A DNA stretch of 64,000 nucleotides from an uncultured Acidobacteriota bacterium (GCA_963770895.1 CAVYRF010000001.1:288001-352000), one strand, 5' to 3'; positions 9,411 to 19,511 are shown, counted from the first letter of the stretch. Notes: a model not told the origin generated them from the sequence alone. Numbers and translations are program-made.

Positions 9411-10007
9411 CTAGTCCTCGCCCCGCGCGCCGGGGGCCAGGTGCAGCGTCCCCTGCGCCTGCGGCATCGACGCCGGCGCCGGCAGGGGTGCGCCGTAGAG
9501 AATCTGGGCGGCGGGGGTCCAGCTTTCGCCGCGCAGCAGCGCGGCGGCGCCTTCCACCGCTTCCAGGATCTTTTGGTAGCCGGTGCAGCGGCACAGGTTG
9601 CCGGCCAGCGCTTCCTCGATCTGGCCGCGCGTCGGCCGCGGGTTGGCGGCCAGCAGGGCGTGCGCCACCAGCAGGATGCCCGGCGTGCAGTAGCCGCATT
9701 GCGCGGCGCCCAGGTCGGCGAACGTCGCCTGCAGCGGGTGGAGGCTGTTGCCCTGCTGCAGACCCTCGACGGTGAGCACGTCGCGGCCCACGGCGTCGGA
9801 CGCCAGCGCCAGGCAGGACAGCACCGGCCGGCCCTCCAGCAGCACCGTGCAGGTGCCGCATTCGCCCAGCTCGCAGCCGTGCTTGGTGCCGGTCAGGCCG
9901 CACTCTTCGCGCAGCACTTCGAGCAGGGTGTGATGGCCCGGCGCCACGACGACGCGATCGCCGCCGTTGATCTTGAGGCGCAGCACAATGTTGTCGTCGA
10001 GGGCCAT
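9411..10007 (-). CDS. 2x[2Fe-2S] small subunit, HcrC/CoxS-like
   Basis: [16 protein letters not shown] and QCGYCTPG...NLCRCTGY motifs; SD aagga before ATG 10007. Confidence 0.92.
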   Translation of the reverse strand: MALDDNIVLRLKINGGDRVVVAPGHHTLLEVLREECGLTGTKHGCELGECGTCTVLLEGRPVLSCLALASDAVGRDVLTVEGLQQGNSLHPLQATFADLGAAQCGYCTPGILLVAHALLAANPRPTRGQIEEALAGNLCRCTGYQKILEAVEGAAALLRGESWTPAAQILYGAPLPAPASMPQAQGTLHLAPGARGED

Positions 10008-10129
10008 CGTCGTTTCCTTGCCCGCCATAGTACCGCTTGGCCGCGCGGCCAGGCGAGCCCACCGCCGCACCGGCGGCGCGCGCGGCGCACCGGTCGCTCG
10101 CCGGGAGGGCGGCCGGCACGGCACCGAGG

Positions 10130-11524
10130 CTATTTCAGGGGTTGCAGCTCTCCCAGCACCGTCGGGATCAGCTCGGCGACGGTCGGGTGGATGTGGACGG
10201 CGCGCTGGATCACGGTGTAGGGCGCCCGCGCGTACATCACGTCGAGCACGCAGTGGACCGCTTCGTCGCCGCCGACGCCGAGCACGGCGGCGCCCAGGAT
10301 CTGGTGGGTTTCGGCGTCGACCAGCACCTTCATGAAGCCGCGGGTGTCGCCCTTTTCGATCGCCCGGCTGACCCGCGTCATCGGGCGCTTGCCGACCAGC
10401 GCCGGGCGGCCGGAGCTGCGCACCTGCGCCTCGGTCTGGCCGGCGCGCCCCAGGGGCGGATCGATGAACAGCCCGTAGGTCTGGATGCGGTCGCTGACGC
10501 GGCGGGAGTCGCCGTCCAGCAGGTTGGCGGCGACGATCTCGAAATCGTTGTAGGAGGTGTGGGTGAAGGCGCCCTTGCCGTTGCAATCTCCCAGCGCCCA
10601 GATGCCGGGGACGTTGGTGCGCAGCTGGTCGTCGACCACGACGTAGCCGCGCTGGTCGACCGCCACTCCGGCGGCGTCGAGCCCCAGGTCGCCGGTGTTG
10701 GGCCGCCGGCCGACCGCCAGCAGCAGGTGCGAGCCGACGCATTCGGGCGGGCCGTCGGTGCAGTCCACCCCCACGGCGATGCCGTCGGCGTGCGGCGCGA
10801 CCTTGATGCAGCGGGCGTTCAGGCGGATGTTCACCCCCTCGCCCTCGACGATGTCGCGGATGGCGTCCGACACGTCCTGATCTTCGCGGCCGAGCAGGCG
10901 CGGCCCCATCTCGACGATCGTCACCTGGCTGCCGAAGCGGCGGTACATCTGGGCGAATTCGAGCCCGATGTAGCTGCCGCCGACGACCACCAGGTGGCGC
11001 GGCAGGGTGTCCAGGTCCAGGATCGTCGTATTGGTCAGATACGCCACCTGGTCCAGGCCGGGCAGGTCCGGCACCGTCGCCCGCCCGCCGACGTTGAGAA
11101 AGATCCGCTCCGCCGCCAGCCGCTGGTCGCCGACGCTCACTTCCTGCGGCCCGGTCAGCCGCGCGTGCCCCTGGATCACGGTGCAGCCGGCGAGCTGACG
11201 CAGACCGCGCTCCACCCCTTCCGCCGCGCTGCCGGCGATCCTGTCCTTGCGCGCCTTGACCTGCCGCAGGTCGACGCGGACCGCGTCCGCGCCGCCATCG
11301 CCGCCGATCGCAACGCCGTAGTCGGCGCCGGTGCGGGCCAGGTGCGCCGCGTAGGCGCTGGCCACCAGCGCCTTGGTCGGCGTGCACCCGGTGTTGACAC
11401 ACGTGCCGCCAAAGAGCTTGCGCTCGACGACCGCCACGGTCATCCCGGCCTTGCTCAGCCGGGCGGCCAGCGCCGGCCCTGCCTGGCCGGTACCGATGAT
11501 GATGGCGTCGTAGCGATGGGTCAT
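10130..11524 (-). CDS. Pyridine nucleotide-disulfide oxidoreductase (MerA/RclA-like, no C-terminal Cys pair)
   Basis: IIGTGQAG, GGTCVNTGCTP redox pair, GGSYIGLE, C-terminal HIHPTVAE. Confidence 0.85.
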   Translation of the reverse strand: MTHRYDAIIIGTGQAGPALAARLSKAGMTVAVVERKLFGGTCVNTGCTPTKALVASAYAAHLARTGADYGVAIGGDGGADAVRVDLRQVKARKDRIAGSAAEGVERGLRQLAGCTVIQGHARLTGPQEVSVGDQRLAAERIFLNVGGRATVPDLPGLDQVAYLTNTTILDLDTLPRHLVVVGGSYIGLEFAQMYRRFGSQVTIVEMGPRLLGREDQDVSDAIRDIVEGEGVNIRLNARCIKVAPHADGIAVGVDCTDGPPECVGSHLLLAVGRRPNTGDLGLDAAGVAVDQRGYVVVDDQLRTNVPGIWALGDCNGKGAFTHTSYNDFEIVAANLLDGDSRRVSDRIQTYGLFIDPPLGRAGQTEAQVRSSGRPALVGKRPMTRVSRAIEKGDTRGFMKVLVDAETHQILGAAVLGVGGDEAVHCVLDVMYARAPYTVIQRAVHIHPTVAELIPTVLGELQPLK

Positions 11525-11695
11525 GGGGGTTCCTCCGAGCCTGGCCGGCCGGGGGAGTCTATCCCGGCTCGCCCCGCGGCGCGGAACCCGGTGGGGAGAG
11601 AGGGGCGAGCGTGGTGCTCCAGTCCAGGCGCCGGCCCGCGGCCGTGGGGGCGCGAGCCGGTGGCGGTGGCTGCCGCGTGCGGATGGACTGAAGGG

Positions 11696-11968
11696 CTAGC
11701 GATAGAAGTACGGATCGAGCACGCTCACCTGGGTGACGCGATCGATCGGCAGCTGATTCTTGCCCGCCACGCGGCGGATCGCCTCCGGATCGGGGCCGTC
11801 ATAGATGCAGAACGTCTTGTTCTTGTCGTCGCTGACGTAGGAGTGGATCCAGGTCACCCCGTCCTCGGCGTTGGTCGCCACGACGGTGCGGCAGGTTGCG
11901 GCGCCGTCGGCGGTAAGGGGGATCTCCAGACCGTTCGGAAACGTCCTTTCGACCATGTATCGCGGCAT
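11696..11968 (-). CDS. DUF4242 / SCO4226-like small protein
   Basis: MPRYMVER...VTWIHSYVSDDKNKTFCIYDGPDPEAIRRVA...LPIDRVTQV; SD gaggag. Confidence 0.85.
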   Translation of the reverse strand: MPRYMVERTFPNGLEIPLTADGAATCRTVVATNAEDGVTWIHSYVSDDKNKTFCIYDGPDPEAIRRVAGKNQLPIDRVTQVSVLDPYFYR

Positions 11969-12186
11969 CGGTGTCTCCTCTCGGGGCCTGGGATGTCGCC
12001 CCGCCAGCTCAGTGTACCCGACGTGGCACGGCCGAAGATGCTCCCCGAAGTTATTGCAATCAATGAGATATCTTGACATATGGCGGCTGGCCGGCAGAAC
12101 GGGGGTGCAGGCCGGGCCCGGCGAGACGGATTAAGATAGCGGCCTTCCGCAGCGCGCGCCCCGTGTGCGCCGTTGCGGCACCAAAC

Positions 12187-13578
12187 GTGCCGAAGCGCCG
12201 CCGCCACCACCGCACGCCAGCTCCTGCCGCCGCTGCGCTCGTCCTGCTGCTCGCCGCCGGCGCGGTGGCCTGTGGCGCGGGGCGTGGCGGGGCCGTGGCA
12301 GGGGGCGGGGCCGGCCAGACGGTGCCATCGGCCGTGGCCGACCCGCCGATCGTCGAGTGGCAGCGGGTGCTGTCGTCGTCCTGCCAGGACTGCGGCGACG
12401 GGCGGCAACCCAGCCCTGCCGTCGACACTACCCCAGCGCCGCCCCCGGGCAGCCCCAGCTCCCAGCCCGCCGCAGGCGCGTCGCGTTCGGCAGGGGCGGG
12501 GCAGCAGCAGGGTGAAGGGAACCCTCCGGCAAGAGGGGAGCGGCAGCAGTCAGGTGGCGGCGACCAGCCGGCAAGCGGCGAACGGCCAGCGGCGGCCGGG
12601 CCGCGGGAGGTAGGCGGCAGTGAGGCGCCGGCAGCAGCCGGCCGGGGGTCGGCGCCGGCCGCGGTGCCGGCGGCCGGGGCGGTGACGGAGCGGGTGGCGA
12701 TCGGTTTGGGCGGGCTGTGGCTGGGGCCGGTGGATGGCCCGCGCACGCACTACCTGTTCGTGCGCCGGCGGCGCACCGAAGAGCTGGCGCAGTTCGTCCA
12801 TGCTTACGCGCCGTTCCGCGTCGCCACCGGCGGTGGCGCGGGGGGCGGCGAGCTTGCCTTCCATGGCCGCGGCACGTCGGTCGCCGGCGCCGCCGAGCGA
12901 CGGATGATCACCGAGTGGACGCGCGCGGTGGTGGTCGAGCTGGGCGCCGGGTCGGGCGCCTCGCCGTTCGGTCTGGTCCTGGCGTGGCATCGCGTGGCTT
13001 CCACCGGCGCCCGCTGCGACGACCTGGCCGTCTACTTGAGCGGCGACGTGCGGGCCGGTACCTGCGGCGGCGGCGCCGAGATGCACGGTCGCCTTGGCGG
13101 CGAGCGCCTGGGCCGGTTCTATGCCTGGGTCGACGGCCTGCAACCCTTTCAGGACAGCGGCGAGCAGGAGGTGAGCGCCGACGCGCTCCTGGCCCGGTTG
13201 GTGTTTGCCGGCCGCGGCCCCCGGCCGGCCACCAGGACCGACATCGACGCCCTCGCCTCGTTTGCGGAAACCCTCCACCGCGAGCTGGCGACCCCCGCCT
13301 CGGCGGTCGGCGGGGGCGCCGGGAGCGCCGGTCCCGGCGGGGCCGGCGCCGGCGGCTCGGCGGCCCCTGCGGGCAGCGGCGGGGCGGCGATCGCCGGCGC
13401 CCCGACCTTGCCACCGCTCGCCGGAGACGCGGCCGAGCCGTCCCTTGCCGCCAGGGCGCCAGCGGTGCCGCCGCCGGCACCGCCGCCAGCCGCGGCGCCG
13501 GCAGAACCCGCCGCCGCCGCCGACTCGGAGGCCGCGGGTGAGCCCTCGCCGCCGCCCCCTCCCGCCGCCCGCTGGTAG
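12187..13578 (+). CDS. Hypothetical lipoprotein with low-complexity linkers
   Basis: Basic N-terminus, hydrophobic stretch and lipobox-like AVAC; globular central region; start uncertain. Confidence 0.55.
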   Translation: MPKRRRHHRTPAPAAAALVLLLAAGAVACGAGRGGAVAGGGAGQTVPSAVADPPIVEWQRVLSSSCQDCGDGRQPSPAVDTTPAPPPGSPSSQPAAGASRSAGAGQQQGEGNPPARGERQQSGGGDQPASGERPAAAGPREVGGSEAPAAAGRGSAPAAVPAAGAVTERVAIGLGGLWLGPVDGPRTHYLFVRRRRTEELAQFVHAYAPFRVATGGGAGGGELAFHGRGTSVAGAAERRMITEWTRAVVVELGAGSGASPFGLVLAWHRVASTGARCDDLAVYLSGDVRAGTCGGGAEMHGRLGGERLGRFYAWVDGLQPFQDSGEQEVSADALLARLVFAGRGPRPATRTDIDALASFAETLHRELATPASAVGGGAGSAGPGGAGAGGSAAPAGSGGAAIAGAPTLPPLAGDAAEPSLAARAPAVPPPAPPPAAAPAEPAAAADSEAAGEPSPPPPPAARW

Positions 13579-13699
13579 CTGCCGGCTCCGGCCATGCGTT
13601 CTGGGTGCGTCAATGCGCGGCTCACCAGGAAGTCGGACCGGGGGGCCAACCCAGCAGGAGCTCGTCCTTTCCCGGCCGGGCGGGTGGGCGCCCGGCGGG

Positions 13700-16360
13700 T
13701 TACTTGGCGATGACGCCGCGGAAGCCGTGCGAGATGAGGGCGGCGACGTCGGCCAGGACGCGGGGGAGGGCCAGGCCGCCGGGGCAGGCCAGGTAGCGGG
13801 GCTCCCAGGTGGGCTCGAACTTTTCCTTGTACTGGCGCAGGCCCTGGAAGTTGTAGAAGTGCTCGCCGTGGCGGTAGACCAGGGTGCCCAGGCGGCTCCA
13901 CAGGGGGGCGATGGCGCGCCCTTCCAGGCCGGACAGCGGGGCCATGCCCAAGTTGAACCAGCGGTAGCCGTTGGCGCGTCCCCAGAGCATGAGCTGGACG
14001 AAGAGGTAGTCCATGATGACGGCGGGGGCGCCGGCGGCGTGGCGCATCAGGTCGATCGACATCTCTTCGCGGTCGCTGCCCAGCCAGAGGTTGGCAAAGG
14101 CGATCAGGCCGCCCGGGCCGCGGACCAGGGCCAGCGGCAGGCGTTGCAGGTAGGCGTCGTCGAAATAGCCCAGGGAGAAGCCCTTTTCGCGGGTGTTCTT
14201 CTCCTTGAGCCAGGCGGCCGACATGGCTTGCAGGTGGGGCATCAGGGGTGCCACCTGGGTGGCGGAGATGACCTCGAAGCGCGCCCCCAGCTCTTCGGCC
14301 TTGCGCGCCGCCCAACGGAGCTTTTTGCGCCCCGGTCCGGCGAGCGAGAAGTCGGCCAGGGGGACGCGCGCTTCTTCTCCCAGCTTGATCAGGGAGAGGC
14401 CGAGGTCGACGTAGAGGTGCAGGCGCTTTTCGTTGACCTGGTAGAAGGAGCACCAGCCGCGGTGCTGGTCGCAGAGCTCGCGGAAGCGCCAGGCGAGCTC
14501 GGCGCGCTCGGCTTCGGGTCCCACCGGATCGCCCATCGAGACCCAGCTGCGGCCTTCGACGCCGTACATCAGCATCGCGCTACGGCTGGCGTTCCACAGC
14601 AGCTGCTTGTCGCCGAGCAGCGCCAGGTAGGCGTAGGTGCGCGGCGAGGAGGCGGCGACGGCGGCGGCGCGGTCCAGGTCGGTCGCGTCAGGCCATTCGG
14701 GGCGGTGCAGGGCGGGCCGCAGCAGGCGCCAGAGCGCCACGCCGAGCGCCACCGAAACCACTCCCACCGAGGCGCGCAGGAAGCGCGGCGCGTTGCCCAG
14801 CAGGGTGAAGCGCCACATCGGGTCCTGCCAGTACTGCGGGTTCTGGTAGGAGAAGATCCCCAGCCACAGCGAGCCGCCGACGACGATGGTGGTGGCGGCG
14901 ATCCAGGCGGGGGTGAAGGGTTCGTTGATCAGCGCCGACTTGCGGTAGAAGTGGCGGCGGCAGAGCAGCAGCGCCGCCAGCATCAGCGACAGCGCGATGG
15001 CCTCTTCGTAGTCGAAGCCCTTGAGCAGCGACACCACGGCGCCGGTCGCCAGCAGGCCGGCGGTGAGCTGGAAGGCGGAGTCCAGCCGCCGCTGCAGGCC
15101 CAGCGCCAGCAGCAGCAGGCCGACGCCGACCAGGCTGCCGACGAAGTGCGAGGCTTCGATGACCGGCAGCGGCAGCAGCGCGCTGACCCAGTCGAGCCGC
15201 GTGCGCATCTCCGGGGTGGCGCCCGAAACCAGCAGGATGGCGCCGCCCAGGAATGTGGTCAGCGACAGCACCTGCGGCACGACTCCCGAAACCCGCGAGC
15301 CGATGCCGCGCGCCACCCGCAGCACCTGGCGGTGGCGCAGCCGGGTCTCGTAGGTGCCGAGCATGAGGCTGGCGACGATGAGCGGCGCGAAGTAGTAGAT
15401 GCCGCGGAAGGCGAGCAGCGCGCCGACGATGCGGGGCACCGGCAGGCCGGGCGCCAGGTGCACCAGCAGGTAGAGGATGCTGGCTTCGAGCACCCCCAGG
15501 CCGCCCGGCACCTGGCTGGCGACGCCGGCCAGCTGCGCCAGCAGGAAGACCGCCAGCAGCTGCGGGAAGTCCAGGCCGTGATGGCCGGGTCCGGGCAGCA
15601 GGGCGTAGAGGGTCGCCGCCGCCAGCCCCCAATCCAGGCAGGAGGTCACCAGCTGGCTGATCGCCAGCCGCGGCCCCGGCAGCGGGATCTCCAGGCCGCC
15701 GATCGACAGCGGCGCGCGGCGGCGGGTGGCGACCGTCAGGTAGGCGACGCTCAGGGCCAGGAAGAGGACGCCGATCGGGCGGGCGCTCGCCAGGTGGAAA
15801 TAGAAACCCTGCGGCAGCGGCAGCGGCTCGATCAGGAAGGCGATGCCGCCCAGGGTGATGAAGCCCAGCCAGAAGGTGAGAAAGCAGAACAGCACCACGC
15901 GCGTCACCTGGAGCGCCGTCAGCCCCCATCCCGAGTAGAGGCGGGCGCGCACCGGCGTGCCGGTGAGCAGGGCGAAGCCCAGGCTGTTGCTGAACGCGTA
16001 GCCGGCGAAGGAGGCCAGGGCGATCTTGCGGTAGGGCAGCGGATTGCGCAGGTAGCGGAAGGCCAGCGTGTCGTAGCCGGTCATCGCCAGGTAGCCCAGG
16101 GTGGTGGTGAGCACGGCGAGCAGCAGGCGGTGGGCCGGCAGCGCGCGCAGCACTTCCATGACGTCGTGATAGCGGAAGCCGGCCAGCTGCTGGCGCAGCA
16201 GCAGCAGCGCGCCGGCGAAGAGCAGCACGGTGACGAACGGCGCCGCCTTGCGCACCAGGTCCCACGACAGAACCGACCGGCGCTCCCGCGGCAGCGGCAG
16301 CTCGGGCAGCTCCGCCGGGTCCGGCACCGGCGGCGGCGAGTCGGAATTATCGGCCGTCAC
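13700..16360 (-). CDS. mprF: Bifunctional aminoacyl-phosphatidylglycerol flippase/synthase
   Basis: Many TM helices (GYDTLA, VPGGLGVLE) plus synthase domain (MGDPVG, KLGEEA, EKGFSLG, SIDLMR, FYNFQGLRQYKEKF). Confidence 0.93.
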   Translation of the reverse strand: MTADNSDSPPPVPDPAELPELPLPRERRSVLSWDLVRKAAPFVTVLLFAGALLLLRQQLAGFRYHDVMEVLRALPAHRLLLAVLTTTLGYLAMTGYDTLAFRYLRNPLPYRKIALASFAGYAFSNSLGFALLTGTPVRARLYSGWGLTALQVTRVVLFCFLTFWLGFITLGGIAFLIEPLPLPQGFYFHLASARPIGVLFLALSVAYLTVATRRRAPLSIGGLEIPLPGPRLAISQLVTSCLDWGLAAATLYALLPGPGHHGLDFPQLLAVFLLAQLAGVASQVPGGLGVLEASILYLLVHLAPGLPVPRIVGALLAFRGIYYFAPLIVASLMLGTYETRLRHRQVLRVARGIGSRVSGVVPQVLSLTTFLGGAILLVSGATPEMRTRLDWVSALLPLPVIEASHFVGSLVGVGLLLLALGLQRRLDSAFQLTAGLLATGAVVSLLKGFDYEEAIALSLMLAALLLCRRHFYRKSALINEPFTPAWIAATTIVVGGSLWLGIFSYQNPQYWQDPMWRFTLLGNAPRFLRASVGVVSVALGVALWRLLRPALHRPEWPDATDLDRAAAVAASSPRTYAYLALLGDKQLLWNASRSAMLMYGVEGRSWVSMGDPVGPEAERAELAWRFRELCDQHRGWCSFYQVNEKRLHLYVDLGLSLIKLGEEARVPLADFSLAGPGRKKLRWAARKAEELGARFEVISATQVAPLMPHLQAMSAAWLKEKNTREKGFSLGYFDDAYLQRLPLALVRGPGGLIAFANLWLGSDREEMSIDLMRHAAGAPAVIMDYLFVQLMLWGRANGYRWFNLGMAPLSGLEGRAIAPLWSRLGTLVYRHGEHFYNFQGLRQYKEKFEPTWEPRYLACPGGLALPRVLADVAALISHGFRGVIAK

Positions 16361-16560
16361 TTCGATCCTGTTCCGTACCTTTCTGGGGGAAGGCGGACCG
16401 CAATATCGTTAGCGGCCGCCCGTCGGGGCGCGGCGCCTTCATCGGGTAGGGGGTGAAGTATATCGCCAGCCGGTTCGCGCAGGACGTCCGAGCCCGCACC
16501 GGCGCGCTCTGCCAGTGCAGGATCGAGGCCAACCTGAATGCGGCGTGGCGCGGGGGCCGG

Positions 16561-16968
16561 CTACTCGCCAAGGTGCACGAGCAGGCGGCGCTGGCTGGAA
16601 AACCGCCGGTGCTCCCACAGGTAGAGGCCCTGCCAGCGGCCCAGGCCCAGGGCGCCGTCCTGGATCGGGATGGCGAGGGACGTGGCGGTGAGCGCCGCCT
16701 TGATGTGCGACGGCATGTCGTCCGGCCCCTCGGCGGTGTGGGTGTACAGGGCGTCGCCTTCCGGCACCAGCCGGTTGAGCCATCGCTCCAGGTCGCGCCG
16801 CGCCGACGGGTCGGCGTTTTCCTGGATCACCAGGCTGGCCGAGGTGTGCTGCAGAAAGACGGTACAGAGCCCTTCGCGCAGCTGGCTGTCGGCGACGACG
16901 GCGTTGACCTTGCCGGTGATGTCGTGCAGTCCCTTGCCGGGGCTGGCGATGGCCAGGGCGCGGATCAT
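16561..16968 (-). CDS. yjbQ: YjbQ/UPF0047 family protein
   Basis: HTSASLVIQENADP, EGPDDMPSHIK, LGRWQGLYLWEHR; ATGA overlap with the NYN gene stop. Confidence 0.9.
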   Translation of the reverse strand: MIRALAIASPGKGLHDITGKVNAVVADSQLREGLCTVFLQHTSASLVIQENADPSARRDLERWLNRLVPEGDALYTHTAEGPDDMPSHIKAALTATSLAIPIQDGALGLGRWQGLYLWEHRRFSSQRRLLVHLGE

Positions 16969-19310
16969 TCGTGGGCCTTGACGGCTTCGCCCACGATCCA
17001 GGCGGCCAGCTGCTCGCGTTCCTCGTCCGAGAGCGGCATGCCGGCGCTTTCGCACAGACCTACCACGTTCTTGAGGAAGGCGTCGGCCAGCTCGCCGGGG
17101 TCGTTGCCCTTGGCGGGATCGAACTGGTGGCCGGCCGAGGTGATGCCGCGCAGGATGAAGTTGACGCTGGTGCGCGCGATCGGCGTGCCCTCTTCGATGC
17201 AGCGGTCGCGCACCGCCTTGGAGGTGCGGGTCAGAAAGTACCCTTCCGCCTTGACCTCTTCGGCGATCTCGCGGAAGACCAGGGCATATTCGGCCGGCGT
17301 CAGGTACGGGGTGTCGGTGATGCGATGGATGCGGTGCGCCAGCGAGGTCATCTCCGGGTCGCCGCTTTCGGGGTCTTCCGCCTGGCCGAGCGGGGTCTGG
17401 TGCAGGTCGGGATCGTAGAGGTAGCCGGGGCGGGTGGCCGATACGGCGAAGCCGACGTCGCCGGCGCTTGCCAGCAGGTCGCGGAAGCTGCCGGTGCCGT
17501 ACCAGCGCGACGCGAGCACGCTGTCGCCGAAACGGCCGATCACCGCCTGGGCCGCCCGCGCCGTGGGGATCGGCGAATCCGAGCCGGAGACCAGCGTGCG
17601 CACGAAGTCGATCGCGGCGTCGATCTGCCGCAGGCGTTCGTCCTCTTCGGCGGCCGGTGGCGGCGCCGCGGAGGCTGGCGACGGCGGGGATGCGAGTGAC
17701 GCCGACGTCGCGCCCTCCGCCGCGCCGCCCCAGGCGCCTTCGTCGTCGGCGCCTTCGCCGGCCCCGGCCGCGGGCAGCGCCGCCGCCCAGCGTGCCGCCG
17801 CCGCCGCGAGGCCCGTGCCCGAGGCGCCATAGGTGCCGGTCGAGCGTCGCGATGCAGCGGCTCGCAGGCCGCCGCCCGGCGCGGGCGGGTCGCCGCTTTC
17901 GGCGCGGGGAGCCCGCAGGCGGACCCGCCAGGGGTCGCCGTCGACCATCTGCAGGTCGCCGCGGGCACGGATCACGGCGTCGGACAGGCCGCGCAAACTA
18001 TAAAAGCCCAGCCAGTTGCTGGTGGGGGTGAACTGCGGGAACTCGCGATAGACCGCGGGCAGGTCGGTTGCCAGCAGCTCGCCCGCGGCGCTGGTGCGCG
18101 CATGGACCTTGTCGGCGATGGCCCGCAGCAGCTGCAGCGGCGCGGCGGTGCCGACGTTGCCGATGCCGGCTTCGGCGGTGCCGGCGCTGGCGGCAAGACC
18201 GGCCGCCCCGATGCCGCCGCCTGCCGCTCTGCCGCCCCCGGCGGCGCCGCCGTTGGACGCGCCGCTGGCCGCTGCGTCGTCGCCGCGCCCGCCGCCCGCC
18301 GCTCCCACGGCCGCAGCTTGGCTGCCGTCCGCCTCGTCGTCGCCGGTCGCGGCGCCCCCCCGTGTCGCCAAGGCTTCCAGGCCCGGCGCGCCTTGGCCGT
18401 CCGCGGTCCAGGCCGCGTTGTCGCCGGCACTGCCGGCGCCCCCGGCGGTGCCGCCGTTGTCGCCGGAGCCGTCGTCGGGGCCGGCGATGCCGCGGTCGGG
18501 ATCGTCCGGCGCATCGGTGCGGATGCGCACCCGCCAGGGATCGCCCTCGATCATTTCAAGGTCCACCCGCGCCTGCACAACGGCGTTGGTCATGCCCCGC
18601 AGGCTGTAGAAGCCCAGCCAGTTGCTGTCGGGGGTGAACTCCGGGAACTCGCGGAAGATGCTGGGCAGATCGGTCGCCACCAGGTCGCCGTTGCCGAGCG
18701 AGCGCTCGTGGACCCGCGCCGCGATGCGCTGCAGCAACTCGCTGTCCGTACCCGGCCGCACCGGGCTGCCTTCGCTGATGCCGATCGCCTCTTCGAGGAA
18801 GGTGTCCTGGTCGATCAGCAGGTCGCACGCCGCCTTGTACGCGGCGGAAGCCGGCCCGGCGGCCAGCACGACGCTGCGGCGGTCGTGGCGCGACAGGCGC
18901 AGCAGCACCGGCGTGAAGTCTGCGTCGCCCGAAAGGATGATGAATTCTTCGAAGCGCGTCACGTGGCCGAGCGCATCCATGATGTCCATGACCATCTGGA
19001 TGTCGGCGCTGGTCTTGCCGCCGCGCGTCAGCGGCGGGCAGTCCACCACTTCAAAGGCCGAGCGGATGAAATAGGGCCGGAAACGGCTGAACTGCGAAGG
19101 GTTGAGATAGCAGCGCCGCGACAGGATCTTGCGCGGCTGGTGCGAGTCGGTCGGCAGCCCCTCCTGCAACCACCGCAGCCAGCGCCCGGGATGGGTGGCA
19201 AACAGCTCGGCGGCGCGCGGGTCCTCGTTTTGCAACCCCAGGTAGATATTGTCGAAGTCCACAAATAGCGCAGCGCGCACATGCGCCGGGTTCGAGGCTG
19301 CGTCCGTCAT
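16965..19310 (-). CDS. NYN-domain (PIN-fold) ribonuclease-like protein with duplicated OST-HTH/LOTUS-like domains
   Basis: LFVDFDN, KTSADIQMVMD, LSGDADF NYN motifs; two ~73-aa repeats containing SNWLGFYSLRG. Confidence 0.85.
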   Translation of the reverse strand: MTDAASNPAHVRAALFVDFDNIYLGLQNEDPRAAELFATHPGRWLRWLQEGLPTDSHQPRKILSRRCYLNPSQFSRFRPYFIRSAFEVVDCPPLTRGGKTSADIQMVMDIMDALGHVTRFEEFIILSGDADFTPVLLRLSRHDRRSVVLAAGPASAAYKAACDLLIDQDTFLEEAIGISEGSPVRPGTDSELLQRIAARVHERSLGNGDLVATDLPSIFREFPEFTPDSNWLGFYSLRGMTNAVVQARVDLEMIEGDPWRVRIRTDAPDDPDRGIAGPDDGSGDNGGTAGGAGSAGDNAAWTADGQGAPGLEALATRGGAATGDDEADGSQAAAVGAAGGGRGDDAAASGASNGGAAGGGRAAGGGIGAAGLAASAGTAEAGIGNVGTAAPLQLLRAIADKVHARTSAAGELLATDLPAVYREFPQFTPTSNWLGFYSLRGLSDAVIRARGDLQMVDGDPWRVRLRAPRAESGDPPAPGGGLRAAASRRSTGTYGASGTGLAAAAARWAAALPAAGAGEGADDEGAWGGAAEGATSASLASPPSPASAAPPPAAEEDERLRQIDAAIDFVRTLVSGSDSPIPTARAAQAVIGRFGDSVLASRWYGTGSFRDLLASAGDVGFAVSATRPGYLYDPDLHQTPLGQAEDPESGDPEMTSLAHRIHRITDTPYLTPAEYALVFREIAEEVKAEGYFLTRTSKAVRDRCIEEGTPIARTSVNFILRGITSAGHQFDPAKGNDPGELADAFLKNVVGLCESAGMPLSDEEREQLAAWIVGEAVKAHE

Positions 19311-19511
19311 CAAAACCTCCGTCCTGAAGCCAACAATCGCAAGCCGACAATCCTGCAAGACGGCTCAATCCCCCGCCGGGTGGCGATCTTACCTCATTGT
19401 CACACCGTCCCCTTGCCGGTTTGCCCGCGGGGGAAACGACGCAATTTCGGTGTGCTATAAAATTTGAACGGGGCGGATGGACCGCGGCGGGCAAGGCAAA
19501 GGAGAGATCGA

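Noticed and set aside
6724-11402. 1131-aa and 663-aa ORF-track proteins as long fusions
   Set aside because: The N-terminal extensions overlap real genes in other frames; family homology begins at 9408 and 10007
10130-11524. Mercuric reductase merA
   Set aside because: No C-terminal Cys-Cys, no HMA domain and no mer genes nearby
13205-16456. Long antisense ORFs (also 614-2632, 24894-28169, 60939-63995)
   Set aside because: Stop-poor mirror frames expected opposite high-GC3 genes; no motifs
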